This document shows positions 37,730-50,500 of a DNA stretch of 64,000 bases, piece after piece. Within the stretch, counting starts at the first letter, position 1, and each line of letters starts with the position of its first letter. The notes below the pieces were generated by a model. That model worked only from the letters and a program-made list of their open reading frames with translations, searched no databases and was not told the DNA's origin. Origin of the DNA: Anthoceros angustus (taxonomy: Eukaryota > Plantae > Anthocerotophyta); assembly GCA_010909165.1 (NCBI GenBank), contig MU008178.1, forward strand, positions 818,369-882,368, in the 5' to 3' direction. The translations under genes were made by a program, and so were the position numbers.

Positions 37730-40241
37730 GAGGCATAGTTTTCAGCAGCGCTTCACGCACGCCGACATGGCCAAGTGGGTCTACCATGCAAGCATAGTGG
37801 CCAAGTCCTGGAAAAATGCCATGATCTGTTCTCATGATTTCCAAGTATTCAACCAAACCATACTGGCTGCATGCCGATGAGTGACACAAATGTAACTCCA
37901 TTGGGCTCCATTTCATGTCTGCCTGTGGCATCCGCCCAAAACACCCGAAGCATTCCACATACGCCCTGTCGTGCATATCCTGCCAACAATGCACTCCATG
38001 CCATTGCGTCAGGGTCGGGCAACCGGTCAAACACCTGCTGCGCATCCACCATGTTTCAATTTGTCGTGTGGTGTCATTCCATGACACCACACGACAAATT
38101 GTCACACACAAGCCTTGCCTCCTTGACACTACTACAACTTGCACACATGTGAATGACGGAGGTGTTAACGAACGCATCTGAGGCATAACCCATGCGGACA
38201 ATCTCATCGTGGATTGCCCTGCCTTTCCGCAGCGACTCCGCTTTCACAGACTCCTCACCCACAAGCATGCTACCTTCCTTGGCTGCCAGGCTGCTACATG
38301 TTGTGAGTACACTCACAAAGGTCCATGACACCACAGTGTGCAGGGACAACATGCCAAAAATATGGCGTGCATCCTCAACCTTCCCGCAGCTTGCAAACAT
38401 ATGCAAGGCACTGCTACCAATGAACACATCCGATTTATAACCCCCTTGTAGAACATCACTGTATATGGCCTTCCCCCGCTTCAGTGACTCCACTTGGACT
38501 GGCTTCCCATCCACGAGTTTGCTTGCTTCGTTGTCTGCAAGGCTACTGCATGCTGTGAGCACACTCACAAATGTTCTGTCATTAGGTCTCAGCCCTTCCT
38601 ATTGCATTTTGTAGTAAAGTTGCACTGCTTTCTCGCTCTGTTCATGTTCCGCATACCCTGCAATCATCGCATTGTATGTCACAACATCATGCTCAGACAA
38701 GGTGTCAAAAACCTGACAAGCATCCACCAAGCTCCCACAGCTAGCATACAAGCTTACACGAACGGATAAACGAGATAGATTCATAGCCTTCGCTGACAAC
38801 CTAATCAACTAGCGCCTTCTTCCCCATCTGCAGCGCCTCCACCTTGATCAACTGCCCATCTACACGAGTGCTTGCTTCGCTGGCTGCAAGGCTGCTGCAG
38901 GCTTTGAGAGGGCTAAGATAAGTGCGAATGTTTGGACCTTCTTGATGCATCCGGGAGCAAAGCTACATAGATTCCTCACCCTGGTCCTGGTCAGCATACC
39001 CGGCAATCAAGGCATTCGATAACATTACATCACTTGACGGCAATGCATCAAATGCATTCCGTGCATCCACAATGCTACCACAACTTGCATACATACTCAC
39101 CACAGCAGACGCAACATACACATCTGACTGAGAACCTATCCTCTCGACTTGGTCACACTTTGCTCTCCCCTTATCCAGCGTCTCAAGTTTCGACATCCTC
39201 CACCTACAGCTGTGCCCGCCTATCTCTGCGAGGCTGTTACATGCTTTAAGCACGCTCACAAAGGTCCGCTCATTGGGTGAGACACCTTCTGCTTGCATCC
39301 GGCCGAGGACCTCCCAAGCTTTCTCGGCCTGGCCTTGCTCTGCATATCCGGCAAGCATGGCATTCCCTGATACTGCGATGCGGCAGCGTTTCAAACACCC
39401 GACACGCATCTAAGATGCCCCCACAGCTTGCGTACTGAATGAGAGTGTTTCCAACAAACACATCCGACTCACATCTGTATTTGAAAGCATCAGCAAGGAA
39501 TCCGCTTGAGCTCTCCTATGCTGCTGCAAGATTTGACAAGGGTGAGAAAGGTGTACTTGTTTGGCTTCACACCTTCCTCTAACATATGCTGATAGAGCCT
39601 CAGAACTTCCTGACCTTGCCCAGATTTCGCGAACCCTGCTGTGATCTTATTCCAGTGGAAGACACTACATGTCGACAATTGAGTGAACACTTGCATGGCA
39701 TCTGCAAGGCCCCACAGTTGACGAGCGTGCTGAGCACAGATTCACCCAAGAACACATCCGAATCCATCCCACTTCTCTTGAGATGAAGTTGGACTTGTTT
39801 GGCCTGAAGCAGAGCTGCCTTCTTCGAGCATGCCTGCACAATATACCTGTAAGTCAGCACCGAAGGGACGCTGCCTTGCTGATCCACCTGAAACAGATTT
39901 TCCATAGCCATATCCAACCCTTCCTCACACAGACTCGTGAGTGTGGACGAATCCTCGGGATTGGACCCCATGCTGCTGCAAACACTCTGCCATTTGACAG
40001 TCAGTGTGGTGGTGTTAGCCATCCGGCGAGTGGTAGATGGCTCAACCACGCGGCTCAATTCCCGGCATTTGCCATGGCATCCATGCCCTCGGTCACAGAA
40101 GCCCCGTTTTTTGGACCTGGATGTGCCTTTTGTGGACCTGTGCCCGGTGCCGTCCTGCAGGGAAGAAGTTCTTTTGGGATGCGTGTGCGCAGGGGAACGA
40201 CTGCAGAAAAGCCTGCGCGCAATGTTCAGAGGGTGGTGCAT
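37730..40241 (-). pseudogene. PLS-PPR pseudogene, older paralogue of 11949-15182
   Basis: Colinear with the intact PPR but with frameshifts, whole-motif deletions (38053, 38324) and loss of the E domain. The putative start MHHPLNIARRLFCSRS resembles an organellar presequence. Confidence 0.9.
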
Positions 40242-40568
40242 GGGTGTTGTGTGTGTCTCGGTTCGGGCATGGTAGGCACATACATGGCGCTTGTTGAAGA
40301 AAAAGATCACTCCATTCATCTCACCTGGCTGGCGAATTCTTACAATCCACCAACGCTGAGGAATCCTTACAATCCACTTCCTTCAACGATGAGGAAGCCT
40401 TACAATCCACTCCCTCCGGCTTCCAATCCATTCCCTCCTTGGAGGACGTTTTACTGAAGAGAAGTGAAGTGTCTTTGGAGGAGCTTTTGCTGAAGGTGGT
40501 GCGTGGGTGTTGTTTGTGTCGGTTACAGCTTATCACTGGATTCTAGGGCGGAGCGTTGGCGCGCGACC
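40242..40568. promoter_or_regulatory. Short divergent intergenic region between PPR and TBCC with 3-4 copies of CTTACAATCCAC
   Basis: Head-to-head starts ~330 bp apart; repeats at 40339-40432. Promoter function is inferred from geometry only. Confidence 0.45.
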
Positions 40569-41630
40569 ATGGCCGACGTCGTGCTCACTTTCACGGAGAA
40601 TGGCGCAGGCAGCGATGTGGCCTCGCAGGAGCGGCGGCAACAGGCCATGCTGGGCCGCCTGGCTCTGCTGCACGAGTCCCGCGTGCAGGAGGCGGCAAAC
40701 CGCAGGTCGGCCGCAGGCCCCGACACGCAGGAGACCGTGGAGCACTTCGACCGTGTGTTCGGGCAGATGCGGGAGCGGGTGGAGCGGGGCCTGGTGGCGG
40801 CGCGGGATAAGAAGGAGGCCGGGGCGGATGGGGCGCTGCTCAAGGACCAGCTGCACAAGCTGATGCTGGAGATCGGGGAGATGGAGCAGCTGCTGGCAAG
40901 CTCCTCCTTCTACCTGCCGGCCTACGACGTCAGGGCGTCCCACACCACCATCGGCAGGCTCAAGGACGAGGCCGGGCTTGCGCTGTCGGAGCTGGTGCCT
41001 AGGAAGAAGTTCTCGTTTCGGAACAAGGCGGCCTCCGGCAAGCCTTCCGTTGGCGCGGAAGCCTCTGCTTCCGCGGCCGTTCCCGCCTTGGAACCGGCCG
41101 GCGGCTCCACGCAGCTCACCAGTGTGCCAGGGATCCGCCATCTTTCCCATCAGGTGGTCGTGAAGGAGTCCGAGGACTTAGGTCAGGGCGAGTTCATGAT
41201 CACGGACCTGAGCAACTGCAGAGTAGAGCTCAGAGGGACATGCCGGGCGCTCTTCATCCACAGACTGAAGGACTGCCAGATCTTCGCCGGTCCCGTTAGT
41301 GGCTCCGTTTTGATCGAGGAAGTGGAGAGAAGTGTTTTGATGTTGGCTTCGCACCAGATACGGATTCATTCTACCAACGACTCGGATTTTTACGTGCGGG
41401 TCAGGAGCAGGCCCGTGGTGGAGCATACTCGCGGCGTGAGATTTGCGCCGTACGCATTCCGCTACCAGGGTGTGGAGGGGCAATTGGAGGCCTGCAACCT
41501 GAGTGAGGAGACGGGGCTTTGGGAGAAAGTGGACGACTTCCGCTGGCTTCGCTCCACGCAGTCTCCAAATTGGTCTGTGCTTCCAGGGTCACAGCGCCTG
41601 GCCGTCGTGGAAGCTGTGGAGGATCAGTAG
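40569..41630 (+). CDS. TFCC: Tubulin-folding cofactor C (TBCC/PORCINO-like), intronless, 353 aa
   Basis: N-terminal helical bundle ending SSFYLPAYDVR..ELVPRKKFSF; C-CAP domain GPVSGSVLIE..LASHQIRIH..DFYVRVRSRPVVEH..VRFAPY..WEKVDDFRWLRSTQSPNW. Confidence 0.95.
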   Translation: MADVVLTFTENGAGSDVASQERRQQAMLGRLALLHESRVQEAANRRSAAGPDTQETVEHFDRVFGQMRERVERGLVAARDKKEAGADGALLKDQLHKLMLEIGEMEQLLASSSFYLPAYDVRASHTTIGRLKDEAGLALSELVPRKKFSFRNKAASGKPSVGAEASASAAVPALEPAGGSTQLTSVPGIRHLSHQVVVKESEDLGQGEFMITDLSNCRVELRGTCRALFIHRLKDCQIFAGPVSGSVLIEEVERSVLMLASHQIRIHSTNDSDFYVRVRSRPVVEHTRGVRFAPYAFRYQGVEGQLEACNLSEETGLWEKVDDFRWLRSTQSPNWSVLPGSQRLAVVEAVEDQ

Positions 41631-41896
41631 CCAGCGGGTGCTGGCCTGTAGGGAATCACTGAGTTTGATCTTCACCACGGGAGAAACAATATCTCGCACA
41701 AATTTTGCTTCAAATAATCCACACGGTTGTCAAGGACATCTGTGTACAATTGACCTGTCTCAACTTTACGGCAGGTCACTAGCGGCACTATGGAGTCCCA
41801 TGAGTTATTACTTGCCATAGTATTCGCTTCGCCACTGTTAAGACAATTTCGTCTTTCTCCCAACGGTAAAATCCCAACTTCCAGTGAGCAAACTCC

Positions 41897-44800
41897 TCAT
41901 CGCCTTTGAAAGTTGAGGACCTTGATGCTGAAGGCAAAGACAAATGCGAACACAACTACGAATCCCACATGCGCTAGTACCACCCAGCCCAAGAAACCAT
42001 ACTCGAACCCCAGGTTGTGTTTGAGAAATTCTTTCACCGTCTGGGTGGTGATACCATCCGCCAGTACTAAGGTGCTGTTAATGTCACCCAACTGAGACCC
42101 AACCAAACCATACTGAACCCCAGGTTGTGTTTGAGAAATTCTTTCACCGTCTGGGTGGTGATACCATCCGCCAGTACTAAGGTGCTGTTAATGTCACCCA
42201 ACTGCGACGTGATCAAACCATATATTGACCATGCCACAGGTGTGGCCCAATAATACCACTGCCACCACACAGGGATTTGCTGCGCCACAACAAAGAACAC
42301 ATGACCACATTTAGCCCACCATGTACATCATCAGGAGCATCAATTGGTGAGGCAAGCAAAGAACTCCTCTTACAGGACGCTGGATCAAAAACCCTGCAAA
42401 CAGATTCCACACTCCATAGAAGGCGGATGACACGATAGTGGCCACTGGAAGGTTGGGCGTGAAGGAGACGGTCATCATCCCATACAGGGTAAAGTACAAA
42501 AAGGTGAAATAGCTGAAAAAGACGAAGTAAAGGAATTTGGGTGCGGTCCACTCGAATTGGATCATAGAGTAGAGAACCGCGCAATAGACCACAGTCTGAA
42601 CGAACACATACGGCAGTTCAATAACCACCTGCATCCCGAAAATGCTCAGTGTCAGTTCGAGCATAGGTCCGCAACATCACAGATACAATCCAACAGAAAG
42701 TGCGTTTCTTACTTGGCCAAAAGCGTAAGGCAATGCAGAATACATCCCGGCCGCCCGTTCTCGGTAAAAGACAGATCTCTCAACAGAGACAACTGGCTGC
42801 ACCGATCCTGCATTGTTTATTCCAATGAACAAAATGGCGGCATACATAGCACCCATCAAGTTGGACAGATCTTGAAAATTTGAGCTGCCACATGGAGGAA
42901 CGATTTCAGTCAAAAACTGTCGTGCGACCTCCCAGGATTAAACCAAGTTGGGGAAGGACGGCTTACCGTTTTTGTCCCAAATCCCAGAATATCGAACCAA
43001 ACATGACGGCAACTATAATCGTGAAGAAAATCCGAACAACATTGTACTGAGGATTGCGCCAGTGGGACTTATGCTGCTTCCACAAGGTTGCTTCGCACTG
43101 GACCCAAAAAGGCTGTGCAAATTTGGTTGGAAAATGCAGCTCCTTTTCGTCCGATCGTGGCTTGCTTAACTCCAGAATCAGCTCCTCGTTGCGCCTGCGG
43201 TAGGAAGCAGCCCTGTGGGTTGAGTTTGCAAACTATGCCAACTTTTCATACCAGTACCGAAAGCAACTTATGATTGAGACCTACCGATAAAGAGTCGATC
43301 CTTTGTAGACATCAGCGAAATCAATACCAAGACGCGCCTCCTGCGATGACTCGGTAACTTCCAACATCCATGTAGCTGGATTGCAGCCATCCGGAATCTT
43401 AGGAACCCCCTCAACAGCCTGCGATTCAGCGGAGATAGTAGACGACAAAAGAGTCAAAGAACTGAACACCTTTAACACCGACATTCGACCTGTTTCAAAA
43501 ACGTCAGAACACAAACCTCGAAATAAGAAATTAATTCGCAGGAGTGTCTGCCCAATGGACCGGCGTAGATGACTTGCCCTCCTCTTTTCATCAACAAGAG
43601 CTGTAAAGTGAAGGATGATTAGAAACTATGACTAAGCCACAGATTTCACGAGTTTGTACCATTACAATCACGAGACCAATATCGAGCAGCATATCACAAC
43701 TGACCTCATCAAAAGCCTCGAATATGTCGATGCTTGGTTGGTGAATTGTACACACCACAGTTCTACCAGTGTCAACAGTGTTCCGAACTGTCCTCATGAC
43801 AATCGCTGCAGCACGGGCGTCTAATCCGGAGGTTGGCTCATCCATAAAGATGACTGAAGGATTAGCAACAAGCTCTACAGCAATAGTTAGCCTCTTTCTT
43901 TGCTCTGTTGAGAGACCCGTTACCCCAGGGAGTCCGACCAAGGCGTCCCTCAAAGGAGTTAGCTCCACAAGATTCATAACTTCATGGACAAACGTCTGCA
44001 GGCACCACACCAAGGACATATAAGTTGCTTCAGTTTCAAAACAGAAAAGGTGGGCCAGGAGCTAGCTGGCTTGTGAGTGCTTACCATTCGTTTCTTGGCG
44101 TCAATGTCAGATGATAAGCGCAGCCAAGCAGAGAATACAAGTGACTCGTAAACAGTTAGATTCGGTGAGTGTATGTCCTGCTGCTCACAGTATCCAGCAA
44201 TCCGTGCAAAGGTCTCCTGCTTCTTCGGATACCGGACAGACTGATCGTCCCATCAATATACCCTCCTGTTTTTCGTCCGATCGTGGCTTGCTTAACTCCA
44301 GAATCAGCTCCTCGTTGCGCCTGCGGGACATAGAAAATTGGCGCAGCCCTGTGGGTTGAGTTTGCAAACTATGCCAACTTTTCATACCAGTACCGAAAGC
44401 AACTTATGATTGAGACCTACCGATAAAGAGTCGATCCTTTGTAGACATCAGCGAAATCAATACCAAGACGCGCCTCCTGCGATGACTCGGTAACTTCCAA
44501 CATCCATGTAGCTGGATTGCAGCCATCCGGAATCTTAGGAACCCCTCAACAGCCTGCGATTCAGCGGAGATAGTAGACGACAAAAGAGTCAAAGAACTGA
44601 ACACCTTTAACACCGACATTCGACCTGTTTCAAAACGTCAGAACACAAACCTCGAAATAAGAAATTAATTCGCAGGAGTGTCTGCCCAATGGACCGTAGA
44701 TGACTTGCCTCCTCTTTTCATCAACAAGAGCTGTAAAGTGAAGGATGATTAGAAACTATGACTAAGCCACAGATTTCACGAGTTTGTACCATTACAATCA

Positions 44801-47800
44801 CGAGACCAATATCGAGCAGCATATCACAACTGACCTCATCAAAAGCCTCGAATATGTCGATGCTTGGTTGGTGTACACACAGTTCTACCAGTGTCAACAG
44901 TGTTCCGAACTGTCCTCATGACAATCGCTGCAGCACGGGCGTCTAATCCGGAGGTTGGCTCATCCATAAAGATGACTGAAGGATTAGCAACAAGCTCTAC
45001 AGCAATAGTTAGCCTCTTTCTTTGCTCTGTTGAGAGACCCGTTACCCCAGGGAGTCCGACCAAGGCGTCCCTCAAAGGAGTTAGCTCCACAAGATTCATA
45101 ACTTCATGGACAAACGTCTGCAGGCACCACACCAAGGACATATAAGTTGCTTCAGTTTCAAAACAGAAAAGGTGGGCCAGGAGCTAGCTAGCTTGTGAGT
45201 GCTTACCATTCGTTTCTTGGCGTCAATGTCAGATGATAAGCGCAGCCAAGCAGAGAATACAAGTGACTCGTAAACAGTTAGATTCGGTGAGTGTATGTCC
45301 TGCTGCTCACAGTATCCAGCAATCCGTGCAAAGGTCTCCTGCTTCTTCGGATACCCGGACAGACTGATCGTCCCATCAATATACCCTCCTGTTTTCCTGC
45401 CTGCCAACACATCCATTAATGTCGTCTTCCCTGCTCCGCTTACACCCACCAGTGCTGTTAGAACTCCTGGCTGAAACACTCCGCTGACATTTTTCAAGAG
45501 CTGGAGTCTATTTTCAGTCACCCCTTGTTGTTTCATCGCCTGTATGAAACAATCAAGAGACTAAGGTAAGTATGTGCACCGGTAAATGTGACGATCTCCA
45601 TTTTAATTTTGCGTCTCGGAAAACTTACAGGTGGCATGTCTACATAGTAGTTGACGTTGTGAAAAGTAAGTGCTAAAGGCTGAAACGGCAAAACCATGCC
45701 CTTCCGAGGGCGACCGTTCTCGAGCATTTCCATTTCATCACCGAGATTTTGTCCCTTTCCGGACTTTTGGGTGCCTGCAAAGCCAATGCGATAATCAGAA
45801 TCGGCCTATTCTGGATATCACAACACTTAGGAGCACATTGGAAACACACAACTAGATCTCAATTCACTACTAATGAAGCGTGTTACCATTCTGGGTTGAA
45901 GCAGAATTGGAAGACCTCTCTTCAAGCATTTCCTTGGATACCACAGCTTGGGACTTTCCCACAGCTGTATTTCACCACATGCCACAACAATCAGCAATCA
46001 GCTCATACTTTTTACCGAACAATTATAAGAGAATACGGAGAGATGCAGGTTAGACTGAAGAATTATCAAGCCACATGAAGATATGGCACCCATATCACAT
46101 ACCCTAGAGGCTATTCGAGAGGAATTGTCATGTAGCCTCGCAACCATGCATAGACTCTTAGACTTGAAAGATTGAAAGACTTACGGTTTAAATATTGAAG
46201 CGCCAACGTAAACAGGATATTGAAGAGGATACTATAACCAATGAGAGCAACTACTCCAATCCAAAACCATTTCTTCTCCGTAAACATCCCACGACTTTCC
46301 AAAATCTGCTCGCCTATAGTTCGATTCGTTTGCCCGATTTGGATGAACTTCTGAAAAAATAAGAGTCAAGATCAATTTTCAGATACTTTGTATCTACATT
46401 GTCAAATATCTACATTGTCAAAGATTATTTCGAGCAAATGTAGATAAAAATCTGGCCATAGTTGAAGTACCTCAGACCAGCGAGGGGCAAGGAACTCGTT
46501 TACAGTGACAGCATTTTGACTGTACATCAAAGGTGAGATCCAGTAGCCCCAAATCCACCACGGATGGATGTTCTCTGGTAACACAATAGCGGAAGAGTTA
46601 GGCTTTAGTCACCTTTGGAAACCCTCCTCTAGAAACAGCAACTGTATGTTTCATGAAAAAACCCACTCACTTCTTGATAGAACAAAACCACCAAGCACAA
46701 AGACAATCAGGAGCGCAAACGAGCCGCCTGTGTTTGCAATGACCATCGTCCGACCAAGTGAGGCAATTAGTCGGAAAAGCCCTAGGGACATTTGATGGAC
46801 CAAAAAGAACAATAGAAACTGGGAGAAAAATCTGCAAAATGTACATGCCCACAAAATGTCAGAGTTAAGAATGCCACAGTTGGTGTCTGCAAAGATATCC
46901 GACATACGAAACGGTTTAGGTCAATAGATCTAACCTGCTAGGTTCAGGTGTAAATCCAACAACATAGTATGTTAAAATGACCCAAATGCCTGATTCCATC
47001 AGCGAGAGAGGAATTTTTAGGATCCAAGTAGGTAAAGTGAATGCCCAGGCCGGGTACAGAAGCAGGTCCCTTTGCTTGTAGTACACTGGGAGTCGGTCGA
47101 TTGTCATGACCAGCTCAGCAAAGCCATTGAACATCACATTGATCAAGCCGAAAAAAAGAGCCCCCATATATTTCGTTCCGTCAGTAACAGCATTGTGGGG
47201 CATTTCTGTACGAAGAAACACTGTCATACTGATGCTGGCGACAATGGTTATCTGTGAAATGGCGTGTGGTGAAAGATCGAGACGTCAGTCAAAAATATCC
47301 GGACTCATTACATAAATGAAGCTAGCTGGAGGCATTCAAATCTGAGATAAAAGCTCACCTGTACAACTTTGAAGACATAGACAAAAGCATTCCGGTGGAG
47401 TAGGAGGACCTCTCTGGAGAAGCATGCCATGAATAGGTCGAACCTCCGAAGAGCATATTTCTGTTTGACTAACGCTGCAGGGTGACTTTTTTCTTTGTCA
47501 TAAGGGATGAGCATTTCCTCACCGACCCGTTTCCCCACATGGAACCTCTTGAATTCAAGTGCGAAGGTGGCCACCGAGACGTAAGCGTACGGTTTGGATT
47601 TATCATACCAGTACTGCTCTTGGTCCTTTTTCGACGTCACCTGAAATCCGCCAGTCATGTTATCCGCAGATATTATTTCTGAAGGCACGGTCACAGAAAT
47701 GTCTGAGCAGGCCGATTCCCGGAGTTAGATACATACCTCCTGCAGAAAATCGGCCACACCCTTTCTCTCCGGGCAAACGAATCCCACGTCTCTGAAGAAG

Positions 47801-49928
47801 TCCAGAACCGAATCACGCGGTCCTTGATACACGATCTGGCCTTCAGAGAGCAGTATGAGGTCGTCGAACTGTTCGAAGGTTTCTGGTGCAGGCTGAAGCA
47901 GGGAAACCACCATGGTTCCATCTAAAGAATGTACAGCGTTACGCAGGAATTTCACAATTTGAAAAGTGGTCGAGCTATCAAGCCCCGTTGAAATCTCGTC
48001 CATGAAAAGAGCCTTGGCGGGACCGACTAACATCTCCCCTGAACATCACCAAGAACTCATGAGCTACTTGGACATCCATCGGTCGCTGTTCGTATCATTG
48101 TCAGCAGGACAAAGAAATGACAAAACTAACCCGTAGTCACGCGCTTTCGCTGTCCACCCGAGACGCCCCTCCTCATCTCGTTACCAACAAACGTGTCCGC
48201 GCAAATGTCCAGGCCCAAAGTCTGTCACGATGAGCCACACGTAAGCAGAGCTAATTCACTCCCAGTGACCACGAGCACAAGCTATGATAAATAACCTTCA
48301 GAATGTAGTCAGTTATGATGCTGGTCCCAGCTCCTTCCACAGCCGCCGCCTGTAAACGATTGAGCTCACGGGTTAATACAGATTTCTACCTTGATGGGAG
48401 CTGGTAAGCCGTCACTCAACTTAGACCTTGCAACCACTTCACACTACCTTCATGAAGGCATCCACATCCGCATCTGGCTTGATGCCCGACGCTTTCTCGG
48501 CTCTTGCAAGTTTAACTAGCGTTTCTGGAAGATATCATTCGGTATCGTCAGCGTTTGCGACTTTCAACGATCCAGCCTACATAGAACTTAGTATGGTTAT
48601 CGCAGGATGTGACGTTGCATCAGTTGATTGGAGTCTTACCATATCTTGCACCAACACCTTGGCATCTGCCATAAAAATCGAGTGTTTCACGGACCGTCAT
48701 TTCCCCGTCCTGCACATCATACTGGCTGATGTATGCCGAGGTCCTTCGGGGAACAAATTCATTCAAATCGTGGCCGTTGTATGTGACACGGCCATCTGTC
48801 TGCACAGCTCATGAATAAGAGGTAAAGGACGAACTCCAACGGAGACTCAAAATGTTGCAACGTAAATTTCCCGGGCAAATGCATTTGTTAAAGTTACCTT
48901 GAGTTCGGGGTCTAACCTTCCCGCCAAAGCGAGCAGGAAAGTGGTTTTCCCAGCGTTTGGTGGCCCAAGAAGTAAGGTCATCCTGTCAATTCGTAATAAA
49001 TACTGGGTAGTGTGAGGAGGATAAAATGTGCTACCAAGTGGGAATAGAGAAACAGAGAAACATTCTGGAATACCTTCCAGGATGGATGATCCCGCTCACG
49101 TCTTTGAGAATAGTAAGCTTTCGCTTCTTTGATGGTGCTAAACCAATTCTCTCCAACGCTCCCTGAACAGACCAACCAATGTAATAATTCCAAGATTATC
49201 ATTGTTCCCGGGCCCGCGGACCTTGGTCATGGTTGAAAGGAGTAATCAAGCAAATTGGAGTAATAGTGAAAGCAAAGTCACCTCGCCAAAATTGAGTGTG
49301 GAGTTGATAAGCGTGGGAAGTGCCCTTTGGCCAGTGTGAACCTTAGCTGTGATGGTGAGCTCGTGAAACCGCACCTCAATAGTAGGCACCACAATTCCGG
49401 CTCTGCACAATATTGTCATCCGCAAGTCGAATCGATAATCAATCAACCGCTAGAGAGTATGATCCAATCCAATGAGACCCCATTACCGCCTCCACACACA
49501 GTAAGACAGTTGCAGCTCACTCACCTGTCTAAACGTTCTCGAACGTTCCGAAGAAAGCTCTCGTTACCCTGGCCGCTGTTGAGTTGCAGTATGTTGGAAA
49601 CCAAGGTCTGCCTATCCTCACGTCCCAATTTACTGACGTCGATATCCTTGTCATCCGTTTCCAAATGCTGCAAAACCACTTTCCTTACACGTTCATAGGT
49701 AGGAAGCTTCTCCAGCCTCTCCATCGCCTTCCGGGTAGAGGTAGGAGTCCTCTTCAGCTTCTCCATGGCGACCCTGCGGAGCGCCTCCTCATCATCCACC
49801 TCGTTCACGCCCGATGTGCGGGAAAACGCGTCGTTGTTTGCGCTCGACAGATATGCCGTGGGGAAGACGCCCCTCCCCCTGTCGCTGGTCCAGAGGTGGT
49901 CCGATTCTACATCGCCCGAGGTCGCCAT
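41897..49928 (-). CDS. Full-size ABCG/PDR transporter, copy C (diverged paralogue; contains two internal tandem duplications)
   Basis: N-terminal [18 protein letters not shown], both NBDs and TMDs, ends KVLNFQRR; exons clearly diverged from copies A and B. Confidence 0.8.
41994..42222. repeat. ~110 bp tandem duplication in the last ABCG-C exon
   Basis: Two copies bounded by AAACCATA at 41994, 42105 and 42215. Confidence 0.9.
43144..45390. repeat. ~1.13 kb tandem duplication inside ABCG-C (NBD2 exons)
   Basis: 43144-44269 is repeated at 44270-45390; junction TTTTCGTCC; the second copy has extra small deletions. Confidence 0.92.
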
Positions 49929-50427
49929 GGCCGCTGCTGCCAGCTATCCGGCTAAAATTCAAGTCCCGACTCTCCTGCAGGCTCCAGGTGTGGAGCCTCT
50001 TGGAACGGAAGACACTGCAGTATGGAAGAATCACGGCACAGATGCATGCGGCTCAGAATTGACGCAAATGCAGCGCAGCCTCAGAGCCTACCCTGCGCCT
50101 GCGCCTACGCCTGCGCCTGCGCCTGAGGTCAGGCGCCGCGCATGCGAGGCCGTCACACGGCTCTCAGGTCCGACGTTAGGCAGGTGCAGTTGGTGTGTTT
50201 GGCGCCCGTCAAAGCGGAATGCCGGGAAGGGGGAGAAGCGGGAGGCCTGTAGGCGTCGCTTTCACACCTCGCTGTTGGATGGGGGCAGCCGCAGCGCACG
50301 GAGAGCCCCACGGCCTCGCGCATCCACCGGGCTCACACTCGGGTGTGTTAGTTATACCAGAGTTAACACACTCACATATATGCTTTCTTTCCATCTTGCC
50401 AGTTACGAACATACATCACCCCCGGGA

Positions 50428-50500
50428 GTGGGCAGCGGGCAGTGGGCAGCGGGCAGCGGGCAGCGGGCAGTGGGCAGTGGGCAGTGGGCAGTGGGCAGTG
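50428..50500. repeat. G-rich 7-bp tandem repeat (GGGCAGY) x~10
   Basis: Seen directly ~500 bp upstream of the ABCG-C start; flanked by (CCTGCG)n tracts at 50092-50124 and 50709-50732. Confidence 0.9.

Larger units (their letters stand above)
25971..39440. repeat. Recent segmental tandem duplication, unit 2 (retains ~1.9 kb absent from unit 1)
   Basis: Same gene order and near-identical sequence as 14398-25970. Confidence 0.9.

Noticed and set aside
36316-40241. Convergent PPR relics forming a long hairpin RNA
   Set aside because: The two relics belong to diverged subfamilies with no extended nucleotide complementarity visible.
440-49928. A functional RNA-regulation cluster linking DRB, eIF3d, PPR, TBCC and ABCG
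   Set aside because: The products act in different compartments and pathways; adjacency is explained by a compact genome and tandem duplication, with no evidence of co-regulation in the sequence.
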